Source: Nitrospirales bacterium
Lineage (GTDB): Bacteria; Nitrospirota; Nitrospiria; Nitrospirales; UBA8639
DNA: 64,000 nucleotides
Reading direction: 5' to 3'
NCBI GenBank assembly: GCA_965203295.1
Contig: CBDBCZ010000012.1
Span: 640,001 to 704,000 of the forward strand
How positions within the stretch are numbered: the stretch's first letter is position 1; each line of letters starts with the position of its first letter. The notes under the pieces were generated by a model. The model saw nothing but the letters and a program-made list of their open reading frames with translations. It ran no database searches and was not told where the DNA came from. Positions 21,691 to 64,000 of this stretch are shown one piece after another. The position numbers were made by a program, and so were the translations under genes.

Positions 21691-22306
21691 ATGAACACAC
21701 TCACCCTCTCTCTCACACACACACAGGTACTCAGTCTTTTTCTCATCAGTGTGGTTATAGTGCTGCTGTATCTCGTCCCGGGCTCGGACCCGCTCCTGCT
21801 CCAGTTCCAGATGGTGCTGTTCTTTCTCCCACGTGAGAGTCTCTCTCTCATGTTCCAGCTAGTTCCTCATCTCCTGTATGCTTGCCGATTCCTGCGTGCA
21901 TACATGAGGTCCCACCAGGATGGGTCCCACTATGAAGTACTTCAGGAAGCAGACAACCATGCAAGGGAGGCTCTGAGGAAGGCTCTAAGTACCTGGTGTT
22001 CTCCTTATATGGAAGGCACTGTCAGTCTTCCAGCTTAAGCCCATCAAAGGGTAATTAGCCCATTGGGGGAGTTTAGGTTTTCCTTTTTGCAATACAGGGA
22101 GGTGGATGTTGACTGAGACAGGTGTTAGACCTAGTCCTATGCAAACACCTCTTTGAAGGACTCTGCTAATCTGCCCATTTCCTTGTTGCCAATGCCAAAC
22201 CTCTAAACCATTTTCTTCCTGATAGCTTTAACTGGCTTCTCACAAATCCACATGTGTGGTGTACTGTTACTGTTTAAATTTGTTTTGGTGAAGCCCTTTG
22301 GTATAT

Positions 22307-22511
22307 ACTGTAGGACTGGTTTTAATTGCGTGGTGAAATCATTCTTGTTTTGAATGCAAATTGTGTATTTTGTAATTGCGTTTATGCATGCGCATATTTA
22401 AGTATATGTGTGCATACAGCGTAACGCATGCTTGCGTTCTAATTTTTGCGAACTTATATATATTTTCATTTGCAATTATTAGATTATCACAATTAAACCG
22501 GTCCTACAGTA
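22307..22511. mobile_element. MITE (TACTGTAGGACTGG family)
   Basis: TIR TACTGTAGGACTGGTTTTAATTG / CAATTAAACCGGTCCTACAGTA; second copy at ~30629-30809. Confidence 0.7.
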
Positions 22512-23929
22512 CCACAAGGCACCTATTGTCTGTGTGGTAGTCTGATTTCCATGGCCTGAAAATGAGGCTACAAAGTAGCAAAGCTGCTGTTGCCAAGTCT
22601 CATAGAAGTATACAGAGAGAAGCATTAGCATACACACACACCCTTGCATGGATATTAACACACTGTGTGGTTACTGATCGTGATGTCACTATATCTGATT
22701 TTACATGCAACTTCATATGCATGACAAATCTCTTGCTCGTGATATGTTACTAGGAAATTCATATCCTTTGTAGCTACTTCATATGAGGTTGCATGTCAAG
22801 GACTAAACTAGTTATTCAACCTAAAGTTTGAGAAACTGTATGAGGATGGCACATGTGCTAGAGTGCTGGGCACTGCTGGCGCAACCACTGTACCTAAGCT
22901 GCATGTGCGTTGATAGCCGCAGAGTTTGGGAAGTTAGCTGGTGAGTAGTTGAGCACAATGTGTGAATGCAGTACAACATACAGTGTGTGAAAAAAGAACC
23001 TTGCTACTACAAGTTTTGTGACGAAGAGGTCAAATCAAACATGCAGTAATACTTTGGGACCATCTGTGCCTTACGCCAGGGGCACACAAAGGGTTTTTGT
23101 CCGATACGAGAATAATATAGGCCAAGCACTGCAGGATGAGTGGAGTCCAGTGGAAGTAGCCACCAGCAGAATGAAGTGGCTGGGATTGGTGGTAAAACTT
23201 GTAAATACTTTGTTTTATTGCAATGTAACTATTTCATTACAGTAATTGCTACAACAATGGTAAATGCACTGGAAGCATGCACAAGTGGCTGGTTGTACTT
23301 TTTTCATTAGATTACAGTGCTTCTTTCGAATTTTTAATTTTCTGCGGTCACGGGCTGGGTGATCTCTGGTTCTTTCCGGGTCCAGGATTCCCTTGGTTGC
23401 AGTCAGAGCTCTTTCTATTCTTTCTATGCTTCTCTCTTTTTCTCTATATCATGATTTCAACTTTTAATTTGCCCATGTGTAGCAATGTGATTACTTAAAA
23501 TGGTCATGTGCTTAACTAGATTGGATAGTTTTAGTGTAAGGGGTTGCATGTAGTGTAGATATAGTTGTGTGGGTAAGGATAGGTATAAGGGCTGCTTTGG
23601 TTTTTCTTAGGCCTAGAGATTGCAGTAATAATGATTAGGATACCTTTCAGTTTTCTTGCATTATATTATAGTCTGTAGAGCATAACCCTCGTGCATGCGG
23701 TCTCCTTTAGCATCGAAGCCCCCACTAGCCCCCTCAGCATCAGAATCTTTACTCTTTCCATCGTCACCTTCAGTACAATTTTCGCTACCTCCACCATCAC
23801 GGTTGTTGTTACCTCCATCATCGCAGTCTATACCATCATGCAACAGAGACCTCAAAGCTTTTCTGTGATTGAGATTTTGACAGAGCCTCTGTCAAAATCT
23901 CAATCACAGAAAGGCTCAATCTTAGCCCA

Positions 23930-24888
23930 GGAGATAACTCCCCAACAGCAACAGGAAATTGCCTTGGCAACAGCTCCAAGTCAGGGTGACGATATCCTAT
24001 CAGAAAGGTATCACATCCAGATCACTCGAGCATATATATAATTATGTCCTGTCTTATGGGACTTCAATGGCTTCATGATGAGATAATAAATTTCTACTGC
24101 AATCTTATCACTGAGCAAGTCAACAGTGACAATCAATGCATAACATACTCCATGAGCTCATTTGTTTACCTCAAGCTGATGGAGGCTGGTTACAATGGTG
24201 TTTGTCAGAGGACCAGCAAAATAGATCTACTGGCATATGATGTGATCCTCATCCCTGTTCACCAGGGAATGCATTGGTGTCTCGCAGTCATGCATTGATT
24301 GCAAAAAAAAAGAGTTTGTTTATTGTGAATCCCTTGGTGGCTGAAACCAAAGTTGCCTTTCCAGATTGAGGTAAACATACAGATGCACTATACATGTACC
24401 TACATGGTGAGGTATTAAGTGTTTACACCATTATAGGAGAAAGAAAAGAATATAGCTGACTGTGCTGTGTCCACTGCACAGTCCAGGGGCGAGACCTTTA
24501 ATTATTCAAGGAATTATATCATCATAAAGGAAGGGACCGCCTTACTTGCAAATTATGCTTACACACATTCAGAATATTCCTATACAGCAGAACGGCTCAG
24601 ATTGTGGTGTGTTCACTTGCATGGTGAGTTGAAAATGAATTCTGCAACCTATAACATGAACAGCGCAAAGTTAAACCTATGCAAGCCTTCATTAAAAGTA
24701 TCCTTCGATAGCGAATTTTCCCAAGCAGGGAAGTGTAAAAGATCGTTTGACCAACTATCTAGTGTCACACCTATAGTATTGCATTATAGCTTGAAGCCAT
24801 ACAGCATTGCTATAAGCATTTCCAATACTACCCCATTATGCAGTATGCCCGGCACAGAGCAAACAACATGTTGTTTACCTTCTCACAG
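23930..24888 (+). pseudogene. Ulp1/SENP-family (C48) SUMO protease pseudogene
   Basis: Fragments IQITR, QWLHDEIINFYCNLI, KIDLLAYDVILIPVHQGMHWCLAV, EFVYCESLGG*, exon 24573-24623 NIPIQQNGSDCGVFTCM, exon 24844-24888 YARHRANNMLFTFSQ. Contains stops and frameshifts, and the usual YDS catalytic-Asp motif reads YCES. Confidence 0.85.
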
Positions 24889-25360
24889 GTAAGCAATTAC
24901 ATGTTTGTAGTATACAATAATTTCAGTAACAATGCTTTTGCAAATCCTATTTCTACTGTGCAGCAACAGATGCTAAAAATTGGACGACTTATTAAGGTAA
25001 GGCGGGGTAACTTGGAACGCAGTCTTCATTTGGCTCCCCAGACCAGAACAAACATCGTTAAGAGAAATTTGTGGGGTCCTTTAATAGAGGATCCCACAAA
25101 GTTCTCTCTCAATGTCTGTTCTGGTCTAAGGGGCAGAAGAAAGAGTTCGTTCCAAGTTACCCCATAAATATTGCAAAAAGTTTATAATTATGTATTAAGT
25201 TGATATACACTGCTGGAAAGTAACTTTCTAATCTGACCCGCGACTAAAACTCTTTCTTGATAACGCGCATCATAACAAAGTTTGCTATACTGGAAGTGAC
25301 TCGGCGGATAATGTATTGTCCATGATTTCAGCCCTGAGCTATGGCATATGGCATGAAGAC

Positions 25361-27593
25361 ATGGCAAGCAAATTTCCTTCACTAGAAGAGCTACTGCAGA
25401 GTGTTTCAGAGAAGTCCCTTGAAGAGCCATGTTCCGATGAACACATCGTTGAGATAGCCCGTGAAATAACGGCCTGGAGGTTAATTGCGCCCCATTTGGG
25501 TCTCAAAGCAGTTGATGAGGAGGACATCCTTCAGAATCAAGATGACGTGCGGATACAGCGAAGAGAAATGCTGAGAACATGGAGGCAGAAGTTAGGATCT
25601 AAGGCCACATATAGTAGTTTAGCCAAGGCATTGTATAAGACCGAGAGAGTAGACCTTGTAGAAAAGCTTGCTGAACTACTGACAAAGGTACATATAGCTG
25701 AGACACTGATAAAGGCAGCTGCTACTAGTAGCCCCAAATTAGGTCCTTCATCGTTTAAATTTCCCTCCGACTACTCTGAAATCGTTAAAGAGCAGGAAGC
25801 TCGTCTTCTTGGAGCAGTAGATCTGAGGTCGTTGCTGCAGGACTTCAAACGAGTTGGAAAATTGGTCTACCATGGAATAATTGCATACAAAGCAGGGGGT
25901 TCGATACCTCAGTGTGTTGAATTGCGGATAACGATGAAGGACCTTGGCTACGACATTGCACAGCTCTGCGACAAGTCCGCCCGGACTGCTGCCCTGGCCT
26001 CCGGTAGTATTTTAGTTGACCTGAAGTGCACCTTGCTTGAAGATCCAGAAAAGTCTGTTGAAATGTTGGATGTTGTTAAAAAGTTTGCAGATGGCATGAC
26101 GATAGCTGCAGAAGTGCTTCAGCTAGACTTTGAAAAGCAGGCAGACAAATTTGATAAATTGCTGTCTGTTTCAACGAAGGCACTGGCAGGCGAACAGGTA
26201 CTAATACCTATTGTGTAGCTATAGTTATCCTGGTCATTTGGATTCTACATATTATATATATAATATATAGTATTAGTTATAACATGCCCAGGAGGGATGT
26301 TGTTGGTTTTAAGCACCATGGCAAAACCCAAGGGGCAGAGTGCTTATCAATCAACAACATCCTGACTGGGCGTGTTTTATTTGATTTTGCCAAGTGGTTA
26401 CAGGTGCCTGAAGTTCCTAATACCTATTGTGTAGCTATGGTTATCCTTGTCATTGCATTCTACTTGTATATATGGCTGGCTATACCCATCCCATAATTTT
26501 GCGACATGCACAATCGCTATGTCATTATTGACATGCAGTTCATACATGGACAAGCATACTAGTAGAGCTTCAGAGTTTGAATTAAGTGATAGTGAATCGA
26601 TCCGAGCAGGCTGGTAACTTGCTACAAATTGAGGATGGCTATAGGCCTATAATAGGCTATTAATAGCCGCCCGGACTATCCAAACCTTGAACAAGGCTTG
26701 CAAACTAAAGCTAAGCAAGGAAATGTGGAAGTGGCCAGGACTGTATGTGGAACTCCACCAGCTATGTGCCACGTAACCTTCTCGGGCCTGGGGTCTACAC
26801 TCCGGTCCCCGCCTCAACAGCACCTTCCACTGCGTGCATCAACCCTGCCGCTGTTTTTCCCGCTCTTCTGTCCAGCGAGCCCTGCTGTAGCAGCAGCCCA
26901 TCTTGCTACAGTAGGAAGCCAACTACAGAAGCTGTGTAGCAGACGTCACTAGCATTGCTTAGCAATGCTGCCAACAGCCAATGAAAGCCATGCAACAAAT
27001 TAGATAAAGCATGCCTACGTGGGCTACAGGCTAGGCCAATATCGGCGCCGCACGGGTATGACATACGTAGAGCCCCCATGTCAATATCTGGGCAGTAACC
27101 CTTGTAGGCATTCTATATCTAATACATAATATATACATAAAAGTTTAAATATTTAAGTCATAATTTTAATGATTTAGAAATGCGATAACACTTTCTTTAA
27201 ATTATGTAGGAAATGCTTGCGGCCCCCAAACTTGCATATAAAGAGAAAAGTGAACGAGAAAAGAACATGGCTGAAGCTGCTGTGGACGCAATACATGAAG
27301 CGACAAAAGTTCTAAATCAGCTCTCACTGATCATGACACTGGCGGCCAGCTTCTGGTACCACGTGCAGCAGCATTGTCAGTCACTTGCTAAATCGAGAAT
27401 GAAGGACAGGATTGAAAGAACCCTGCACCATTTTCCCGAAGAAAGGTGACTGAGGATATGGACGTCTAAAGGATTCAAAATCAAAGCTGTAGATTTTTTC
27501 GCTGGATGGGTGGCTCTGAATGGCATCTGTACGAAATACATTGAGCAGATTAAACTGACTGAAAGAGATCTCCATGAATACCTCAACCTGTGA
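25361..27593 (+). CDS. Death-domain protein with C-terminal all-alpha-helical region; in-frame TGA at 27447-27449 (truncated allele, pseudogene or readthrough)
   Basis: Exon 1 25361-26197 (MASKFPSLEELL..CSDEHIVEIAREITAWRLIAPHLGL..EEDI..QRREMLRTWRQKLGSKATYSSLAKAL..RVDLVEKL = death-fold signature); phase-0 intron; exon 2 from 27210 (EMLAAPK..FPEER*). The same frame then stays open and protein-like for 47 more codons to TGA 27591-27593. Confidence 0.75.
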
Positions 27594-29203
27594 GCAGTCT
27601 CGAAGATTTCTTCCAGATGTTACGGACTAGGACATTGAACCTGAACGCTATTCACATTGAACCCTGAACCCTATAAATATTCATGCTTCATGCACGTGAC
27701 CTGTCTTTGTTAGTCTTTTGTTCTAATTGTATGTACACGTTACCGTATAATCAGTATATTGATTGAGTGGTTTGGAGAAGGGTCGTAACACAGAATTGGC
27801 TAAAGAATTTGAAGCCGACTGAAAAGTGCCCTATATGCAATCCCCGTCAGCACTTCTGTCTACTAATGAAAATTAATAATAAAACTGCTCATAGTTCTGT
27901 GACTGGACTTGTGACACTATAGCAGTTTATTAAGATTAAAATTGATAGGATTAAGAACTTTCTAGTTTTGCAATTAAATGTCATAATGGCAGTTTACATT
28001 GATTTTCACAATAGCCAAACCTTAATTACAACTTTTTTCTTGATCATTAATGTCAACATGCAGAAAATGTAATACTGCATGCAGATATCTTTACCTGTGT
28101 GAAACAGTTAATTTTAATATTAGCTACAGACTTTACCAAAAAGTGCAAAACCATTCCTGTAGGGATGCACTTCCGTAAAAATAAATGAAACAAGACAACT
28201 TGTACCGTAATGCATTCACAGACTACCTACACATCAAGATCAGTGACATCACACAACAATGCATTACAGAGTACCTACAAATCACAGTGCAGTAAGTTTA
28301 TGGAGACCATCCTGGGTAAGGAGATGTAGGGAGGATGGTCTCCGTAAAATTGCATTGTGCTTTCTACTCTGTATCATATTGTGCTGTGATGTGTAGGTAG
28401 CCTGTGACCATAATATTATTGCAGGGCGAGTTGTTTCTTGTTCATTTCTTTTTACAGAATTGTATCCTGGAGGGTTATGTAGAGGTATAGCTGCCAGATT
28501 CATCCCATTCGAGTGAATACAGGGTACTTACAGACGAGCTCGAGTGACTGGGTGAGTCTTCCTTACGACACTCATGAGAGTCTGGCTACGCAGTTATTCT
28601 TCACCAATTATCACTTTTTAGTTCGTCACAATGATGTAAACGCTTGGTAGCTTTGGTATTATTATAGGACTTTTTGAGGCACATGGCAGAAGGGGTATGC
28701 TCAAGTAGGTACATTTTGTCTGATGGGTAGTTTGGTTAAAATCAGCATGTCTGAGGGGTCTATGATTTGTCTGAGGAGGCTAGATGATTTGTCCTAAGGT
28801 TCTGCATGGACCTCCATCTCAACCACCCTGTTGTCTGATGAAGACTCGGCTGCATGTATAAGGCCAGTTTTCCATAGTGAGCCCAGCATCATGAAAGCTT
28901 CCTTCTACAGCTGGGACCACCTTTCAATCTTGCCCAGTATATTATTCTGTTTAAAACAGCTGTAGTCATACTACCTTGGTTGGATGTGGATTCCATCCCT
29001 ACATGTCCTTTGTTTTTAACCTTTACCAACCATAAGAAACAGCTTAAAGAAGCAGAAAAGCCCGTACAAAGTATTAACGCCTAGTATTAAAACCCCATAT
29101 AAATTCATATGGGTTTATGGGAGCTCATGACGCATATATGCGTCATTGGTTGGTAAAGAGTTAACTGGCACTCTACCTGATTTGTAGATTTGGTGGATGA
29201 ATG

Positions 29204-29372
29204 TACAGTGGAACCCCTCTCATAAAGGACACACCTGAAATAAGGACACATCTTTAAAGGACACTTTGCTATGTCCCAAATATATATACACCTGAAATGA
29301 CGGCACCTCTCTCTCTATACAGGACACTTCACCAGGCGACCAAGGTGTCCACAATAGAGGGGTTCCACTGTA
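29204..29372. mobile_element. Short pogo-like MITE
   Basis: TACAGTGGAACCCCTCT...AGAGGGGTTCCACTGTA. Confidence 0.75.
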
Positions 29373-29543
29373 TACCAGATCACCGTGAAATTTCAGTACA
29401 ATGTACGTACATGTAAGTAGATCTAGTCACCAGGATAGGTAAATTTTTTATTGAAAATAAGTACAAAATTATCACTATTTCTAAAATCCCATAAAGAAAA
29501 GGTATCAGCGGAACATTGTAGGGTTAAAAGCCTGCACAACAGC

Positions 29544-60137
<30,594 letters not shown>

Positions 60138-60417
60138 ACTACTCAGTCAAAAAAATCAGTGCCAGGTTCCACTGCAGTGGTCTGTGTCTGCCAATTCGCG
60201 CATTGGTGCATATAGATACTATGATTGGTGTCACTGTGAACTGATTAATTCTTTCTCTGGTTCCGGTCAACGCCCGCGGAAGTAGGTGGGGCTTGTGAAA
60301 GTGCTGAGTCAGCATGACGTATCCTGGACACGTTTCCCCCGCGCGCCCCCCAGGTCATAATTTCGAACCCTGCGGTCTCTCGTCGTTTTGTGCAGTAGTT
60401 TATACGCTGTTATAGTT
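60138..60417. promoter_or_regulatory. Putative bidirectional promoter/5'UTR region between DGK and RBM22
   Basis: Only 280 bp between divergent ATGs; CpG-rich; GCGGAAGT (ETS-like) near 60276 and TGACGT near 60315. Confidence 0.7.
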
Positions 60418-63400
60418 ATGTCGATTTCCAAAACTGCCAACACTTACAACCGTCAAAACTGGGAGCAGTCGGTAAGCCTATTATAGTTAACCAGCAAACC
60501 TAGTGACGTACCATAAGTACAGATATTAACTTCTATGAAAGTGCCCTTGATACAGTATTGATTACTCAGATAGATTCATCATCTATTATAGATTGTACGT
60601 TACTGCTCTACTTTACTGTCTACCATTTCAGGAGTTCCCTATTTTATGCCAAACTTGTCTGGGTGACAACCCATACATTCGAATGGTGAGTTTTCTGTTC
60701 ATGTGTTTCATTTAGAGCACACCTAAAATTTACCCAGGGATTCTATACTATATGTACGTGCGTGCGTGTGTGTGTGTGAGGGGGGGGGGGGGGGGGGGGT
60801 TGTAGTATGCAAAGGACATGCTGCAGTTGTCTCCACGGTATACATGTAGCTGAGACTAAGAAAGGAAAGATCTCAACTTAAATAACTCGATTGGAAAGAA
60901 ACTCTCCCAATGTTCATGACGTTCCGACTGCATGTAGTTGCTCTAGTTGTCAAGGTGAAAGCGAAGTAGACTTTATAGCCATACACATCAGTAGAAAACC
61001 CAAGGAGCTATTGCTGAGATGGCTCTCCACATTGATCCAGATGACAGCTGCTGAGATGTGTTTCAACCAGGACAGAGTTCTTGAGCTTCCTGATGGAACT
61101 GCTGGATGGTGACACTGAGGAGATTAGAGGGCAGGGCTCACTTTCACCCAGAAGACTAGAGCATTATTGAAACTTTAGCAGAGTTTCTTTCCGAGTAAAG
61201 CTAGCATTTAGAAAAATTTCTCCTTTCTTATGCAAGAGCCAACTTAGAAGCCCCCTCTCTAAAGCTGAGACTAGCTATCTTGTTTTCCATATTAAATTTT
61301 CTCATTGTAATGATTTTGCCAAGACCAGCCAACATATTAAAGAGATCTACTAGCCTACTTGTACATGTTGGAATTGGCTGGGTCCTACTGGCAAGTGCTA
61401 CTAGCGGGTTTAGTGGCTATATAAAGCTTGCCTACTGCTCCTCTGCCAAGGGGGCTCCAGTAGCTCAATTGGTAAGAGCATCTGACTAGTATTCAGAAGG
61501 TCCTGGGTTCAATCCCCAGCTGGGTCCCGATTTTTCGGGATTTCTTTACTCTCTCAGAAAGCTTTCTTCTCTTGAAGAGTTCACAATGTGAGTACTTAGT
61601 TTTCAGTTCTGTGTCTTTGGTGGTTTAATTACCCCGGCAGACTGATCCAGGCTAAGTTTGGGTGTAGCACGTTTCTCGTGTTTAGATGGGGGAGAGGCCT
61701 ATAATGAGAGAGTAATTACAGTTGGAATTGGCTGGGTCCTACTGGCAAGTGCTACTAGCGGGTTTAGTGGCTATATAAAGCTTGCCTACTGCTCCTCTGC
61801 CAAGGGCGCTCCAGTAGCTCAATTGGTAAGAGCATCTGACTAGTATTCAGAAGGTCCTGGGTTCAATCCCCAGCTGGGTCCCGATTTTTCGGGATTTCTT
61901 TACTCTCTCAGAAAGCTTTCTTCTCTTGAAGAGTTCACACATAATGTACTTCATTGTGGTAGCAATATGTCCGCTTCAGCAAGGTGGCTACAATCTTACA
62001 TGTACTATTATACATGCATGATGTTCAGTAACTTGTAGAGGTGACAATATAACCTAAGGTATATATCTCCTACAGATTAAAGACCACTATGGAGATGAGT
62101 GTAAGGTGAGTGTTGTCATACATGTAGCATGCAACTTATACTGTGACTGAAGTGTTCTTCAGAAACTCAGAGATAGCCAGGAATCACTGTACAGTGGAAG
62201 AAAATAAATAAGGTTTTGATAAGCTGTGTATATGTAGAAGTTAATTCTCACATACGGAGCCTGAGGCCACATTAATGCGTTCATTGTTATAGCCAGGTAG
62301 CAGCCACCAACAGTACATGTGCGTGCCATATATGAACATCATGTTGTGTGAGCGTCATTCCTGATTGTGTGACAACACCCTCCAATCCTAGCATGTCCTG
62401 ACTACACATTTGTTATATCTCTGTATGCTGCTTGAGTATCGGTAGTCGGTTTTAGATTGTCTGTTACATGTATGTTCAACACGTGGGAATTTCTTAAGCT
62501 GCTAACAGGACTACTTATCCCCGACAGGACTACATGCTCCTTAATTTGCTCTAATTTGCTCTTGCACATTTGAAGTCCACCTAAATTCATGTTCTCTCAC
62601 ATTAGTTCAATACATCACAAGTGTGAAGTGATGTATAGTTGCCTGTTTGTGTTGTTTTTTTTTTTTTCTGGGCCTGTAATATTTTCGAGCCTGTGACGTG
62701 GTCACAGTTCTTGCAACTAAAATGACGTGGCTTGGGAAAGTGGCTAGTTGCCACATTAGGTACATGTACTTACGTGAGTGAACATGAATATAGGTGGACT
62801 TCAAATGTGATCTGTGCACAAGCAAATAGAACAAAGTACATGTATGGAACATGTAGCCCTGTCCGCAAGTCCCATGTTGAGCACATAACAACTGATCCTC
62901 AAGCAGCATGCATACACAGATGCAACCATGGCCCATTTCAGAAACATGCACTTCCATATAATGTTATTAATTTGTGAATAGCAAAAAAAAATGGGCTAGT
63001 TTTTACCTTGTTACTTATGTTTTCATGGAGGCTGAAGATTCATGAGATGGCCTTGTAACTGTGCATGTAGTAACTTGTAAGAGAGTATACAAATGCCTAG
63101 CAGTATGCTAAGCTAGCTGAAAAAGATAAAGCGCACTACTAACTCACCCGAATGTGCTTGCCGGAATTTAATATTCTGGTTGAAGGATTTGATTGCAGTT
63201 TTCGCTTCTATAGCTCTGATGGGCTTTCAGTCCTCCAAATGACATCACGAGCATCATATGTGAAAGTTTCCGAAATAGTCCATTATGCAAATAGTCTACT
63301 AGTGTGGAGAGCGAGGCTAGCGTGACAACACCATATACATGTATACATGTATCTAAGAGAGAACAGCAAAGCACATTGTATCTGGTACTCTTTGCAATGT

Positions 63401-63548
63401 GACATTTTGTGTCATTTTCTTCTCCAGACTTGTGCCCGCCCCTTCACTGTCTTCCGCTGGTGTCCTGGTGCACGCATGAGATACAAGAAGACAGAGATAT
63501 GCCAAGCCTGTGCTCAGCTGAAGAATGTGTGCCAGACATGTCTTCTAG
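60418..63548 (+). CDS. RBM22: Pre-mRNA splicing factor RBM22 (Slt11/Ecm2/Cwc2 family), first four coding exons; gene continues beyond window
   Basis: Exons 60418-60471 ([18 protein letters not shown]), 60632-60685 ([18 protein letters not shown]), 62076-62105 ([10 protein letters not shown]), 63428-63548 ([40 protein letters not shown]): diagnostic RBM22 N-terminal zinc-binding region. Confidence 0.96.
60880..61260 (+). mobile_element. Penelope-like retroelement 3' fragment
   Basis: Degenerate reading [26 protein letters not shown] resembles the C-terminal end of Penelope GIY-YIG ORFs; followed by an AGAAGACTAGAGC..GAAAC terminal motif. Confidence 0.5.
61366..61586 (+). mobile_element. tRNA-Thr(AGT)-containing repeat, copy 2
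   Basis: Same leader; tRNA-like core ~61453-61527 with TCTGA-CTAGTAT-TCAGA anticodon arm. Confidence 0.8.
61694..61938 (+). mobile_element. tRNA-Thr(AGT)-containing repeat, copy 3 (tandem with copy 2)
   Basis: Near-identical to copy 2 including the 3' flank CTCTCAGAAAGCTTTCTTCTCTTGAAGAGTTCACA. Confidence 0.8.
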
Positions 63549-64000
63549 GTGAGGTAGACGTGCCTTCTGGGTGAGGCAGATGCGTCTTAATTCTAGGTGA
63601 GGTAGATGCGTCTTCTGGGTGAGGCAGATGCGTCTTCTAGGTGAAGTAGATGCATTTTCTAGGTGAGGCAGACGTGTTTTCTAGGTGAGGCCGATGCGTC
63701 TTAATTCTAGGTGAGGTAGACGTGTTTTCTAGGTGAGGCCGATGCGTCTTAATTCTAGGTGAGGTAGATGCGTTTTCTGGGTGAGGCAGATCTGTCTTCT
63801 AGGTGAAGTAGATGCGTTTTCTAGGTGAGGCAGACGTGCCTTCTAGGTGAGGCAGACGTGTCTTCTAGGTGAGGTAGACGTGTCTTCTAGGTGAGGCAGA
63901 CGTGTCTTCTAGGTGAGGTAGACGTGTCTTCTAGGTGAGGTAGACGTGTCTTCTAGGTGAGGTAGACGTGTCTTCTAGGTGAGGCAGATGCGTCTTCTAG
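63533..64000. repeat. 22-bp minisatellite (~20 copies, continues past the window) containing an RBM22 splice donor
   Basis: Unit YAGACGTGTCTTCTAG|GTGAGG = last 16 nt of exon 4 plus donor hexamer. Confidence 0.95.

Noticed and set aside
63533..64000. 22-bp repeat array as CRISPR or coding repeat
   Set aside because: Contiguous units without spacers, derived from the exon/intron boundary; the frames contain stops.

Overview
Intron-rich eukaryotic genomic DNA. Its style (CA microsatellites, abundant TACATGTA, many short palindromic MITEs, sponge-type death domain) suggests an invertebrate, possibly a demosponge; this is inference. I reconstructed gene models by hand from GT-AG sites and reading phase. 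(1) A ~31-exon type IV diacylglycerol kinase (DGK zeta/iota-like) on the minus strand, 60137->29544. (2) The 5' exons of RBM22 on the plus strand, head-to-head with DGK. (3) An apparently intact 10-exon chimeric gene on the minus strand, 15417->7909, joining a TIR domain that keeps the NADase-type catalytic Glu to a duplicated copy of the DGK ankyrin-repeat/PDZ-ligand tail. (4) A death-domain + all-helical protein gene with an in-frame TGA. (5) A Ulp1/SENP protease pseudogene. (6) A tandem pair of acidic/Ala-Pro/Arg-Gly small genes. (7) The start of a C2H2 zinc-finger gene running off the left edge. Many non-autonomous elements are present (HINE-like, pogo-like, hAT-like, tRNA-Thr-containing, Penelope fragments), plus two minisatellites built from splice sites. 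Best candidate for a novel system: the TIR-ankyrin chimera and its death-domain neighbour.
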